A DNA stretch of 64,000 nt from Octopus sinensis (taxonomy: Eukaryota): NCBI RefSeq assembly GCF_006345805.1, contig NC_043005.1:33170001-33234000 (forward strand), given 5' to 3'. The notes under the pieces are model-generated. The model was not told the DNA's origin, searched no databases, and worked only from the letters and a program-made list of their open reading frames with translations. This document shows, one piece after another, positions 23,708-37,203 of this stretch; the stretch's first letter is position 1; every line of letters starts with the position of its first letter. Made by a program: the position numbers and the translations under genes.

Positions 23708-24870
23708 TATTACATTACATTACATTATATATCCCGTAGTCTGGTTGACCATAGGTGTATCCCTGATGACTTTGCGACCAGATCCCTCCACCCGTCTCTG
23801 TCTTTTGCCTCTCGCACTGCGTCTCTCATCTTTAGACTTATCCACTTACAGATGTTTTTTTCCACCCCTTTCTCTGTCTGCCTCTGTATCTGCCAATTTT
23901 GTTCCCTGAAGGATTGTTTTGGCCATCCCTGATGAGCAGTGACATGCCCAAACCATCTGACCTTTACTGTGACAAGAAGTTCTTCATAGGGCCATATTGC
24001 CGGCCTTATTCTTCTGCATCGGTCATAATCCTCTCAAGGAAGATGTTGAACAAGGTCGGCGAGAGCGGACAGCCTTGTCTTTCACTTGCTTCATCATTCA
24101 GACTATCAATGGCATAAATGAGATTCGCGTTGATGTTATATAGCCTCATGGTCGACCTGAGTACCACATGCCACACCCTGTCAAATGTTTTTTTGAAGTC
24201 CACAAACACATGAAAAAGATCTTGTTGATGGTAAGGATAGTGCTCACATAGAATTCTTAAATTAAAATTCTGTTCTATTGTGCTGCAAACCATCCTGAAT
24301 CCTACTTGCTCTTCTGCAATGATTCCTCTATTTGGGGTCTGAGTCTTTGCTTGGGTGGCATATCAAGCTAATAGTTCTGAGGTTCTGCACTAGCAATTGA
24401 GTCCAAGATGCGAGTCACTTGCTGTCTGCCAGATCTTATTACATATTACAAAGAGTGCATCCACCTTACCTGCACTACCTCAGCTGGAATGTTGTCCACC
24501 CCTGCTGTTTTACCTTTTTTCAATGGCTTAACCGCTTCCTCTACTTACTCTCTCAGAATGGGGAAGTTGTCTATGTCCGTTGTTGGTAGGACATTCAATT
24601 TATCAGTGTTCCCTTTTTGCTTCGTAGTGTATAGATCTGCGCAATACTCTGTCCAACGGGTCAGAATCTCTTGGTTATCAGTCAGTGGGTTTTCCTCTTT
24701 ATTAAGTATTGTGCTGGGCCGTCCTTGCTTATCGCTTGTAAGTTCTCTGATCAGCTGATAAGCTTTCTTACTGTTGTTGTTCTTTTTTACATTTCCCTCA
24801 ATGTCCCTACACTGTTCCTCTATCCATACTTTCTTGGCTTTTCTCGTGCTCCTTTTAACTGCAAGAAAGG
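23708..24870 (-). mobile_element. RTE (BovB-like) LINE, internally deleted
   Basis: ILTRWTEYCADLY, VFVDFKKTFDRVWH, RQGCPLSPTLFNIFLERIM and a (TGTAA)n tail at ~23708-23725. Confidence 0.88.
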
Positions 24871-24985
24871 ATGACAAACAAAGTCGACCTCCGCGGAATT
24901 TGAACTCACAATGTGAAGACGGACGAGATACCGTAAAGCCTTTTGCCCGGCGTTTTAACGATTCTGCCAGCTCACCACCCTCTAT
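24870..24985 (-). mobile_element. SINE family B, 5' part
   Basis: GGTGGTGAGCTGGCAGAATCG...GAGTTCAAATTCCGCGGAGGTCGACTTTG, with A- and B-box-like motifs. Confidence 0.8.
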
Positions 24986-25467
24986 ATAATAATAATAATA
25001 ATAACAACAACAACAACAGCAAAAAACATAACAGTAGAGTTTCTCTTCTTCGTGATGATTTTCTTTCATTTATTGCTATAATATTTGAGAGTGAAAATAT
25101 TTTGGAGGTGAAATGAATTCAATGGTTTGTATTGTTTAGAAAGACATAAAGAACGGAAGAATTAAAGATATACACAAACAAACGAAGGCGAGAAAATAGA
25201 AAAAAATATATAAATAAATCCAGTTGAATTTACAACTATTTCCTGCAGTAGAGAGTATTTAAGCTGTGTAAGATTATCAGAAATTATGGCATCTATGTGA
25301 CAGAAGCAGACTTCTGACATCTTAGGAATATCAATGTTTACAAACAGACAACCGCAGGTTTTCTGCGCCGGAAGCACACAAGCAAATATGTAAAACAGTT
25401 CTATTCAAAAGCATTATCTGGGCGGGGGGAATTATTTCAAGTAAGCTTTGTATTCTGTATTTGTGTT

Positions 25468-25555
<88 letters not shown>

Positions 25556-26559
25556 TAAATTATTCAGGAAACGCGAAGCACGGTCCATGACCTTTAATAG
25601 TGCTCCCTGGCAAAGTAAGTGAATGAAGCTCAGCCTGAACGTCTGCATGTCAATGTCCGCAGAAAAACGTGGTGAAGACGAGAAAGTAGTCTTAGCTGAA
25701 TACTTGAAACTAAAGGAAGTCTGCTGAAGGTACATAAGGAGCAGACGATTGTTTTAAATCTTGTGGTATAGTGTGTTACCTAACAAGAGACGAGACTATT
25801 TTCATAAGAAATTTGTTTACAGAAATCCTGAATAATGCTACATGCTGTCAGCCCTTAGACAATTTGCATGCATTGACAATCCCTCGACTTGATCGTCAAT
25901 GTTGCAGCGCCTGAGATTCTCCAATGAGCTTAAGAACAACATGTAAACCTTAAATGATGCCTACCTTATAAACACTAAACATTGCTTATTACACACTAAA
26001 TGCCGCCTGCCTTATATACATTCGAGCGTTGTCAGTTGGCATAATTAACGGCTTGTGAGGACGATTACAACCCAAGAATGTAGTGTAGGCTATGTTTAAG
26101 CTGACACTCGCATTTACAGAAAATAGGAAAATATAATTTTAATAATCGACTGATATTTCCTTTCCCTGGGTGTACAATCCTGTTTCAGCGATTTGATACA
26201 CTTTCCATAAAATTTGCTTTCAGTCTCTTCAGTATTATTGTTTGAGTAGTATATCAGATTTTATTTTTAAGCGTTTCTCTGTACACATGTACTGTTCTTT
26301 GGATTTATGTTGAATTTCATTTGCAAATAGCCATTTAGGTTAGTTACTGAGAGTTAACATTTCCACCGAGAAAAGCTAATAAATCTAAAATGTCTGGAAT
26401 TTTCTATCGTTCTTACCGGTAAAATGAAATAAATATTAATAGACATCGACTTATATAATTTCTTTCTCTTACCTCATCTTCGATCCTTTTTCAACCTCAT
26501 AATGTTCTATACATTGCATGTGCTTTCCGCCATTTGATAGTTATTTCAATATTTTTGTT

Positions 26560-26680
26560 TAGCCGAGGTCGACTTTGTCTTTCAACTTTTCGGGGTCGAT
26601 AAAATAAATTGAGAACTGAGGTCGATGCAATCGACTTACCCCCTCACCCGAGAATGCTGACCTTGTGCCAAAATTTGAAA
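26560..26680 (+). mobile_element. SINE family B, 3' part
   Basis: GCCGAGGTCGACTTTGTCTTTCA..GGGGTCGATAAAATAA..GTCGATGCAATCGACTTA. Confidence 0.75.
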
Positions 26681-27094
26681 GCGATATTTTGTGGCTATTA
26701 CATGAGTTTTACTGAAATAAGTGGAAACGACTCAACAAAATGAAAGTAATAAACCTCAACTCAAAGATTTTTCAATTCTTACTTTCTGTTTCAGTTTCTT
26801 TTCCCAATTCCTCAGCAATAAAGCTTTTAACATCAAATTTTTTAGAAGCTAAAATAAATGAAAATCCGTAACTATATGAAAGTTTCAAAGCATTTTTTAA
26901 TCAGAAAACATAGAAGTAGGTGTATATAAATGTTAAATTCACGGTTAATGTTTTAATGTAAACTAGCTCCTGTGGACAGTAATGAAATAAATATTTCAAT
27001 GTAAACATTATTACAGTTTCTTTCAGTTTCCGGTAATCAAATCCACTTGCAAGGATTTAGTTAGTGAATTTGGTAGGGTTAGGAGGATTTTATA

Positions 27095-28665
27095 GAGACA
27101 ACGAGCAAAGATTTCAATCTGCTAAAGTGGGCCTCTAAAGAATTGTGATGAATCTTATTTCAAACAAACACTGCTTGAGATTGAAAGTGAGCTGAACTAC
27201 TCTCATGAGAAGGAGAGGGCAGAGAAAGAAGCCAGGGCTGTAAACAATGCAAAGACAAACCCTAAAGCCTTCTATAAGTTTGGAGAGTCTGCTTCGGTAC
27301 GGCACAAGATAGGGCCACTGTTCTAAGAAAATGGCTCACCGACTGAAGACGCCTAAATGGTAAATGAAATACTGAATGTGCAATACAAGTGCTTTCACAA
27401 TCCGTTGGGACACCTACAAATAGTTATGCCTGATGAGGCCTTCGGCACCACAGGTCTACACAAAAAGATGATGACTATTAATTACATAGAAATAGAGGAA
27501 ATTGATTAAATATCAGCCATTGATGGAATGACCTTAAACTCATCCACAGGCCCTGATTGATTTCCAGCAATGCTCTTAAAGAAATGCAAAAGGGCTCTAA
27601 CAAGGCCACTACAGATCCTCTTCCAAAGCTTTCTTGCAACTGGAAGACTTCCCAGAAAGTTAAAGGAAGGCGTAATATGTCCTATCCACAGACAGCAACA
27701 CTTACAAGCTATGACAATGGCACAAAAGTAGTACAAGCAGTCAAGGAACTTCTCGATGCTAATTTGCTACAGAAAGACCTAGATTCCATATGTAAATGGG
27801 ATGAAGAAAACAACATGCAATTTAATGCCTGAAAATTCCAGCCCTCTGCTATCAGCTAGTTTATACTAACATTCCGCGATAACGATACTTTGAACTAAAA
27901 GAGCGGCAATCCCAGAGTCAAGTACGTGATCTGGGGTTTGGTATGAACAACAACACCTCATTTCACATATCCTCACAAGGGTGGCAATGTGCAGGCGAAT
28001 GGCCGGATGGATTCGGAGAACTTTCAGAGCACGGAATAAAAAAAAACTATGCTGGTTCTATGGAGGACATTTGTACTCAACCGTTTGGACTATTGCTCTC
28101 AATTGTGGGTCACCCTATAGTGTCAAATTAATAGAGGAATTTGAGGAAGTTCAGCGGTACTACACCAGGATGATTACATCAATAAAACAGCTGAGCTACT
28201 GGGAGAGATTGAAAGAGCTACGACTCTACCCATATTTATCCCCTGAAGATGGGATAGATATGCAGTGATATACGCATGGAAGATCGTGGAGGGGTTGACA
28301 CCAAACTTGATATCGAGACCTCGAATTAGATGTCACTGCATGGTTCCAAAGGTCCAACCCATCCCATCTAGTGTGAAGACCATGTACTGCAATAGGTTGG
28401 GATTCAAGGGCTTACGTCTATTTAATTCCTTACCAGAACATATGAGAGATTTGCCTCGATACCTTCAAGAAACAACTTGACTGCCTGCTATCCACTGTCC
28501 AAAATATGCTTACATCACCGCAAGAACCTCAAAAGAGGGTAACAATATAGAACTTCCTCCTTCACCAAAAGCCAAAGACGTAAGGATGACCACTGAAATG
28601 GTGATAATACTGGAAGTGTTCCAGCATGGCCACAGCCTTTGGGCTGAAACGTTTAAAAGAAAAAA
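27095..28665 (+). mobile_element. Decayed CR1-group LINE with most of the RT core deleted
   Basis: TNPKAFYKF and STGPD.FPA; LKEGVICPIH is joined directly to SYDNGTK at ~27690; then KQLSYWERLKELRLY and MYCNRLGFKG. The 3' tail CCAGCATGGCCACAGCCTTTGGGCTGAAAC places it in the same family as 2265-3930. Confidence 0.88.
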
Positions 28666-28814
28666 GAATACAAATATAAACACTATATGTGCATATATAT
28701 ATATATATGTAGGTATATGAGTGTATGTGTGTGTGTGTGTGTGTGTGTGCGTGTGTGTGCGTGTGTGTGCGTGTGTGTGCGTGTGCCTGTATACCGATAT
28801 ACATACACACATAC

Positions 28815-29600
28815 CCTTTTGCAAGCATTCAGCCAAGTACTCGATTTGAATCAAACTTCCCTGTTTCCTTCAATGTATCTTGGAGGTTTTGAGAAGGGCT
28901 ATGGATGTTACCTTTCCTTCTTTTGCGGTACATATTTTCCTTTCATGGAAACAGAGTCTGCATCACCATTCACATGCACTCTCATGTTTAGCTTCTGGAA
29001 ATATTGCCATAGGTAGGATGACTTGATGCAAGCGTTAACTTCGTCAACTCTAGTGCCTCTAGTGATTACAGGCAATGACTGTCGCAAATCGTCAGCCATC
29101 AGTGCCATCGCTCCATCCATTACGCGTGAATTTCGACGCAAGTCTTTGGGAGTTCGGTCTAGAGCCTAAAAGGCCGCCTTGTGACTCACTGTAACCTCGT
29201 CCCAAATGATTAGACAACAATCACAAAGAAGTTTTCGTTTTGAGTCGCCATTTTGCATGTAGGATTCTCCTTCTTTGCAAGGTCCCTAGGTAATTGGAAT
29301 GCGGAGTGTGCCGTACGACCGCCATGTAACAGTGTTACCGCAATACCACTTCACTTAAGGCGACCGCTAAAGCAATCTGCCTGTCTTTCCGCAGCTTCGC
29401 AAGCAGTAAGTTGATGAGAAAGGTTTTCCTGTTCCAGCTGGAGCATTCAAGAAGAGTCGCCCTTCATTTAAATTGACACTGGCAAGAATTCTGTCATACG
29501 CCCGTCTCTGCTCAGGCGAAAGTCAGGGTTCATCTTGAGCAACCTGATCTGTCAATTCCTCGATGTTGTAATTCACCTCATTTGGCTGTTATTTCTAGGA
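28815..29600 (-). pseudogene. Helitron PIF1-family helicase fragment
   Basis: LNAPAGTGK (Walker A), SGIAVTLLHGGRTAHS, LIIWDEV, DDLRQSLPVITRGTRVDEVNACIKSSYLW, with stops and frameshifts. Confidence 0.92.
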
Positions 29601-29639
29601 AGTTAATTGCCACGTAGAGGAATACATGCGGCCGTCAAC

Positions 29640-30825
29640 GCTTTCTCTCTATAGACACAGACAGACGTAAAGAGAGAAAGGCAGTGGGAGAAAGAGTGAC
29701 AGAGAGACGGTGAAGACGGAGAGGGGAAGAGAGAGAGAGTGGAAACTGTCAAACGTCGTTATAGATAGAAAATGGAGGAAAGAGAGCAAAGAGAGAGATC
29801 GAGGAAGAAAGGGTGATTGCCGAAAGAGAGAAACGACAAACACTAGTCAAAGTCCGTTTAAAGACGAGGAATTTTGCCTTTCAATGGAGCAAACTGAAAT
29901 TTGTCATGCATACTCGCCAATACATTCCCCATAGGCTTGCAAATCTTCAGCTCAATCCGACCACGTTTACTAAGACTTTACCTGCACAACAGTATGCATG
30001 ACAATTTTCAGTTTGCTCAATTGGAAGGCGTTACCGTTAGGGCAAAATTCCTCGTCTTTAAACGGACTTTGACAAGCATTTGTCGTTTCTCTCTTTTGGA
30101 TATCACCCTGTCTTCCTCGATCTCTCTCTTTCATCATTTCCCCCACTTTCTATTTAGAACGACATTTGACAGCTTCCACTCCTTCTCTGTACATCTGTAC
30201 ACATGAGGCAAAGTCCGCCCTTTTCACAAGTATATAAAATATATAATAGAAGGTGTGGTTAGAGAACAAGCAGACACACAATCCTAAAACTAATAATAAT
30301 TCACCATTGTAAAAGCCCTGTGGCGGGAATATTTAAACTTCAAGAGAGTGAAATGTATTTTCGACGCAGTATAATTATTTACTATTTTATTCCTCTCTAT
30401 TAAACACACTTGCGACTGTCAACGCTTTCTTTTTATAGATACAGACAGATGTACAGAGAAGGAGTGGAAGCTGTCAAATGTCGTTCTAAATAGAAAGTGG
30501 GGGAAATGATGAAAGAGATAGATCGAGGAAGACAGGGTGATATCCAAAAGAGAGAAACGACAAATGCTTGTCAAAGTCCGTTTAAAGACGAGGAATTTTG
30601 CCCTAACGGTAACGCCTTCCAATTGAGCAAACTGAAAATTGTCATGCATACTCGCCAGCACTTTCCCACATAGGCGTGCAAATCTTCAGCTCAATCCGAC
30701 CACGTTTACTAAGACTTTACTTGCACAACTACACATGAGGCAACGTCCGCCCTTTTCACAAGTATATAAAATATGTAATAGAAGGTGTGGTTAGAGAACA
30801 AGCAGGCACACAATCCTAAACTCAC
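29640..30825. repeat. Rearranged Helitron-associated segment (direct + inverted + direct copies)
   Basis: 29640-29995 is repeated at ~30415-30730; 29995-30203 is the reverse complement of ~30445-30650; 30200-30290 is repeated at ~30730-30822. Confidence 0.85.
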
Positions 30826-30972
30826 TGACAAGTTTCTCATAGACAAAAATCAACGTAAGCATACGAAGCACGTGACTCGCACATACACACACTGGCACAC
30901 ATAGATATACCCTTGAAATCGCACACCTAGAAGATGTCTACACTGTTGAAACCCACATATATGTGCCTGTGT

Positions 30973-31010
<38 letters not shown>

Positions 31011-31639
31011 AAACATAAACGAAACGTATATGTCACATACACCAACTGCAAATGCGCTCACTCACAAAACAGCTATCTGCACAATATACACACATATACA
31101 CAATATTTGTTCTGATATGCAACATATTTACAGGGTATGCATGCATAAATAAATACATACATACATACATACATACATACATACATACATACATACATAC
31201 ATACATACATACATACATACGTATGTGTGTGATTTTATATACATCTATAAGACTCGTATTTGTACTGATCAGAAACAAACACACATTTACAAAATAACAC
31301 CACTCACGTACACACTGATACACACTCGCGCGCGTGCAGAATGAATATAACATGTAATCTATTAATTCCTGTTTACGCAGTTATTTTTGCTGTGTTTTGT
31401 GCTCCGCAAACCTAATTCGTTACATTCAATTGATGAGTGATCAGAAAAGAAGAAAAACACCTTAATACTGTGTCGCTGCAGATAGATTTTACTAACAGTA
31501 GAACGATACAAATAACACATCATCAAACACAAATACCCTGATGGGCTATGGTATTTTCGAAAAAAAAAACATTAATAAACTACTTTATTAAGAACTGCTC
31601 GTAGAAACGCCCACATCTAACCAGAATTTAGGAAAGAGG

Positions 31640-32160
31640 TCGGCGTTTACCGTCAATGAACTGATTGGTGATACACAAATCCCAATCAAATCTATCCACG
31701 ACAACCTCCACCTCATACGATTCATTGTAAACAGGGTGGGTAAAAAAGGCCCTAATCAGTTTGGCTAAATCAAAAGCCTTTAACATGTTCGACTACTAAT
31801 AATTGGCGGCAGTTATCACGGCGGCCGACTTCGGTCCATTTTTCCGCGGCTAGATCGCCGCAATGTGCAGCAACATCAGCTCAGTAGTTCGGGTGAATGG
31901 CTACCTATCGGAACCGTTCAGTATCATGCGCTCTGTCCATCAAGGGTGTCCAATCTCGAGTCTTTCGCATGTGCTGGTTCTAGTGCTACTACTTCGGATT
32001 TTGGACGCGTTTAGTGGCATCCCACGCGAACTTGGATGGGAGAATCGTATCGGCATACACAGACGACGTCACCGTCATAACATCGAACACCAGGCACATA
32101 GAGCTGGTCGGTACTTGCTCCAAAAGTATACGAGGCGGTGACAGAAGCAAGAATTAACAA
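31640..32160 (+). mobile_element. Tx1/L1-clade RT fragment
   Basis: IKSIHDNLHLIRFI, SKAFN, VRVNGYLSEPFSIMRSVHQGCP. Confidence 0.8.
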
Positions 32161-32169
32161 ATAAAAGTC

Positions 32170-34560
32170 AGTGGACCTGCAACTCGACACCTGGAGAGCT
32201 CTTGGTCAGTTCTTTAATACCAAGTACGAAGATTGCGTTGTCAGAGCTCGGGCGCGTGCTCTAAGACACGAAAACCGTTTGATGGGCCCTGATATGGTAA
32301 CAAAGCCACAATTTAGTCTTTGACGGGCCGGGACGGATGCATGCTATTCGAATCCAAACAGTTGTGTGCGGAATTGCCGAACTGCACAGAGCGCGCTGTG
32401 AGTCGGAAACGGGGGTAGATATTACGGCGACATCGTCCGCATAATCCGACACTAATCTACATCCTAGTTCACACGGCCAGAGATGCAGAGTTATGCGAAA
32501 TGCTAATAACAACCAAAGACATTTGGCACGTGATGACATGCTGCACAAGGGAGATGTCTCTTAGTCTCGATGGTCTGCCCCACGAGCTTATTTTCATATG
32601 CTAGACTTGTTCGGTCATCTCTCGGCTGATGTCTACCTCAAATGGCAAAAGAACAGGAAGATTCCCAATGCTGTGAGTTATGGTGTCGTGAAGGCTACAA
32701 AGGAAGAACCTGAACAAGGTGGACGAAATAGATAATTTATGACCAATATCTCTGCTGAACGTAGATTATAAGATTTTTGCCAAGGTGCTAGTTGGCCGAG
32801 AGGCTGGCGCTTGTCGTTGATAGACTTATCGATGATGCGCAGACATTCACTATCTCAAAGAGACCTATCCGCAACAACTCTCACTTCATGCGTTGCATCA
32901 TAGAGAAAGTAGGTAAGGAACCTAGCATGAGTGGGGTTCTGATCAATTTGGATCAATCAAAAGCTTTTGATTGTGTCGACAACCAATACTTGGAGGCTGT
33001 CCTCGCGGCGGCCAGTTTCTGCCCCGTTTTCAGAGACTGGATTACTGCAATATACTGCGACATTTGTTCAGTGATCAAAGTAAATGGCCACCTAACAGAA
33101 TCATTTAGTATCATGCGTTCGGTTCGCCAAGGATGTTCACTCTCGCCCCTTCTTTACATGCTGGCTCTCGAAACATTGCTACGGAAGCTGGTTGTTTCGA
33201 AGAGGATCACGTGTGAACTATGATGCAGAAGATTAGTATCGGCTTATGCGGACATCACCGTAATAGTTCAAACGTCTCGGAAATCGAGGTGATCGGTACT
33301 GCCCTAAAGGAGTAGAGGACAGGAGCAAAGATTAAACAGAAGTGGGTGTGCCTGCAATTCGGCTTCTAGGCAGGCAGGTCCATGCTGACCGACATCGCTG
33401 TAGGCCGCTGGACAGAAGGACCGGTTAAATTGCTCGGGGTCTGGTTTGGTCCGGATCTCTGGGGCCACAAAGACTGTGGCAGGAAGGTGACGAACACGAT
33501 GGCCGTCTTACCCAGAAATGGGCAAAGAAGATATCGCTGAAGGGTCAGATATCGCCTGACCGTCATCTCTTGTGATGCTTCGTGGCTTGATCAAGCTGCA
33601 GCGCTCGTTCTTCCGCTTTCTCGTCAGACAGTGTATTTACTGTCAATAGCCACTGAGTGGAGGACTGGGCATGCCGTTCTTTGTGATGCACAGACATGCA
33701 CTAGGGCTGTGACATCTCCAGCGTTTTTTAACGGTGAGCAGATGTAGCCGTCGTTTGTGGGACAGGATTTTCCACTGCTCGTCTCATTATAGGAGCTACA
33801 CTCCTGGATCAAGCATAGACAGAGAAAGTGCGCTTGACACCTGGAGTGTCTGTAAATATACACAGACTTCTGCCAGTCGGGCTATGTGGTCAGTGGAATC
33901 TTCATATTGAAATTCTATAGGGAATTATTGGCGGACAAGAACAACGACGTCCTCATGGAAACTCTGGGCGTCGAGTGAGATTAGTGCGGTGGTCTTTTAC
34001 GGAGGACTTTCAGACCGGGGACTTTTGATAATCTCCGGAAATCTCTAGCGTGTCAGTGAAGCCGGCTCGAGACAAGCTCTACAGCCACAGAAGTACTGCC
34101 AGACGGACTTGTCCGAGATGTGCGCAGAATGATGAAACTGTTCTGCATGCACTCGTCCAGCCTCAAGGAATTACTGACTTGTGGAGCTTTGTCTAATAGC
34201 TGTTTTCGCCTGTAGGGCGGATCCGGTTATCATCCTGCTGCCTTCTTTTCGCCGAGAAGGGCAGGCAGTTTTCCTCTCTGGTGGCAATAGCGAAAAAGGT
34301 AGTGTAGTAGATGAGGTTGGCGGGACTGAAAACAGATACTTTCCTCTTCATCTAAACGCTCTTCGAATTTTTCAAGTTCGACTTGAAAAGGAAAGTGAGC
34401 GTATTTGTGTCGAAAGGTGGGTGAATATGGTTACGGTTTGAATGTGGAGGATGGCCCATGTGAATGAGCTTACTCTGAATCTGCGCCTGTAAGCCGGAGA
34501 GGATGAAGAGGAGAGGAGTGCTTACTTGGGATGCCCTTGGAGATCAGGGTTACCATGTGT
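32170..34560 (+). mobile_element. Decayed Tx1/L1-clade LINE (linker, RT, C-terminal CCHC)
   Basis: CVVRARARA, LDGLPHELI, LINLDQSKAFD, SVRQGCSLSP, YADIT and CPRCAQNDETVLHALV; the 3' end matches 44560-44720. Confidence 0.88.
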
Positions 34561-35767
34561 GGTGGTTCCTTGGTTGTTGTTGTTGTTGTTGTTGTTATTA
34601 TTATTATTATTATCGTTTGGTTTAGAAGGTTTGTTTAACTTTGTTGAAATATTTCATCTGTTGAAATTTTTTGTTGAAAATTTAAATAAGAACCTCTACT
34701 TCACTAAATTATAAATATTTGGAAAATTGTGCCTGAAAATACTCATTTTCTTTTTGTCTTCACCTGTTTGGTATGATGGTGATGACAACGTCTAACAACA
34801 GATTCAGCAAAGATGTTGCGGGAAAACCTTCTCATACTACTACAACAATTTCAACAACAGTAACAACAACGGTCACAACATTTTTAACAACACAAGGAAC
34901 AACGACACCAGCTGCTATAAAAACAAAAGCAACAGCAATAAGAGTAATATCAGTAACAGCAGCGTCAACAGCAGCAACAACAACAACAACAAAAATAACA
35001 ACGACGATGAAGTAAGGAGATGACTTCACTAACAATCGATTACTGGGATGGTGGCGAAATGAACTTAGTACTTTTCACTCTCTAACAAAAGTGAAACAGC
35101 TTCTAAAGGGGAATAGGAGGAGAGCACACGTTGCCATCTCAGCCGAGGTATTGGAAGCAACCGCATGGAAGATGGTGTGGGTCGCTGTTTGTCAGTTTAG
35201 ACCCAACACCTAGAATCAGCGATACACGCCCAGGTGGAAAGAGCCCTGGCAAAGTATACGAAGACGTAGATCAGGTAACCAGTGCAAGTTGGCTTGAAAG
35301 TATGGTGACCCTTTTCGCTGAAGCACTCTACAGCTCTCACACGCGATGGGGAGCTCACTCTCAACCCAATGTATTAAGAGAGATATTCCAATTGCATCGG
35401 ACATCTGGTGGTTGTTGGCCTGTGCTAGTCCTTGAAGTGAAATGAATGGGGAGGGAGTTTGGGTCTGGGGGAACAGTGGGGATCCTCAGCCAGATCGAAC
35501 CGAAGGAAGTAAGAAAAGATACTAGATTTTATCCACCTGTACAAAGATGTGGAGCTATTTGTTGCGATTGAGAGCAGAAAGCCAATGTGCCACGTGCGTC
35601 ATACGGAAAGCTAATTCAGAGCTTTCTGTCCCCCAATAAAAAAACAGGAGGGAAGAGCTTTCCCACTACTGCCTACGCCGCAACAACAACAGCGTATAGC
35701 ATTATCAGGAATAACAGCAGCAGTAGCAACATCGACAAAGCAGCAAGAACAACAGCAGCAACAGTAG

Positions 35768-36135
35768 TGGAGGCGCAGTGACCCAATGGTTAGGGCAGCG
35801 GACTCGCGGTCGGAGGATCGCGGTTTCGATTCCCAGATCGGGCATTGTGTGTATTTATTGAGCGAAAACACCTAAAGCTCCATGAGGCTCCGGCAGGGGG
35901 GAGGGGGCGACCCCTGTTGTACTCTTTTGCCCCAACTTTCTCTCACTCTTTCTTCCTGTTTCTTATCCCCAACTTCCTACGCAACTGCTGAGCCTGGATG
36001 CGCATTTATCCATCCGTCGATGCTCTCGGTGTCGGGGGTTGACCTGCTTTCTCTTCTGCGTGCCTTACGAATAGCAAAGGACTACGTTTTGGACTTCTCC
36101 CACTTTGGGATGAAGACCGCTTCGCTCAACAAACA
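35768..36135 (+). mobile_element. tRNA-derived SINE, family C
   Basis: Head GGAGGCGCAGTGACCCAATGGTTAGGGCAGCGGACTCGCG...GGTTTCGATTCCCAG has clear A and B boxes, followed by a unique body and an (AAC)-like tail. Confidence 0.75.
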
Positions 36136-36379
36136 AGCAGCAACAGTAAGCTCATCACCAATAACAATGACACCCACAACAGACTGATCGCTCACATACG
36201 CAAACACAGATCCACTCGTTCCACATCGGATCTTTCCAACGAGGAAATATCATCTTGCGAGAAGAGACGGCCAAGCAAATCAAATAATAATATAGAAACA
36301 AAATGACATCAAAAGAATTGAACGAAGATTGAGCTTGTTGAGTCAAAGCCTGTCATTATTTTCTTCTGTTTTTCTTTTT

Positions 36380-36500
36380 CTTTTATTGATTTTTCTAATC
36401 GATCTCTGGAGCGCTTCGATTCTCATAAAGATTTTTTTGTGTGCATACGGATACCATTGTGGGCAGCAATATTCCAGATAAGATATACTTGGCAGGCGAC
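36380..36500 (-). mobile_element. Small CR1 RT C-terminal fragment
   Basis: LEYCCPQWYPY..IEALQRSIRKI. Confidence 0.6.
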
Positions 36501-36957
36501 CAAGACTGAAATTATTGTAAACGGGGAGCAAAACGGGGGACATTTTTACTTTTGTTTTTTTTTTACTTTACGTAACATAATGAAAGTGTGCATGTGTAAG
36601 TAATTAAAACACATTTGTCTGAAGTTGCAGCAGCAATAAATAGCAAAGAGGGAGACAGAAAGAGAGAGAGAGAGAGAGGCAGACAGACAGGCGGAGACGC
36701 AGAGACAGGCAGACAGAGACAGATAGACACATGAATGTAATGTGGAGATGTATTCAGATTTACGCTATGATATCTCGAATTTTAATATCAGCAGAACGTA
36801 AGTTGATACGTGAAACTATAACTTCTGTAGGACACAGATAAATATACCATGCGTGTGCGCGCGTGTGTGTGTGTGTCTGTGTGTCTGTGTCTGTGTATGT
36901 GTGTGAGCGTGTATGTACATATGCATGCTTAGGTAAATATATGTCTGTAGGTATATA

Positions 36958-37096
<139 letters not shown>

Positions 37097-37120
37097 CACA
37101 TATATATATATATGTTATAT

Positions 37121-37180
<60 letters not shown>

Positions 37181-37203
37181 TGTATAGATAGATAGATAGA
37201 TAG

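Noticed and set aside
25326-25620. Candidate plus-strand exons 25326-25440 and 25568-25614 with AG/GTAAG boundaries
   Set aside because: No reading frame stays open across both with compatible phase, and no recognisable protein results.
35768-35845. tRNA gene
   Set aside because: A and B boxes are present but the acceptor stem does not close, and a SINE body follows directly.
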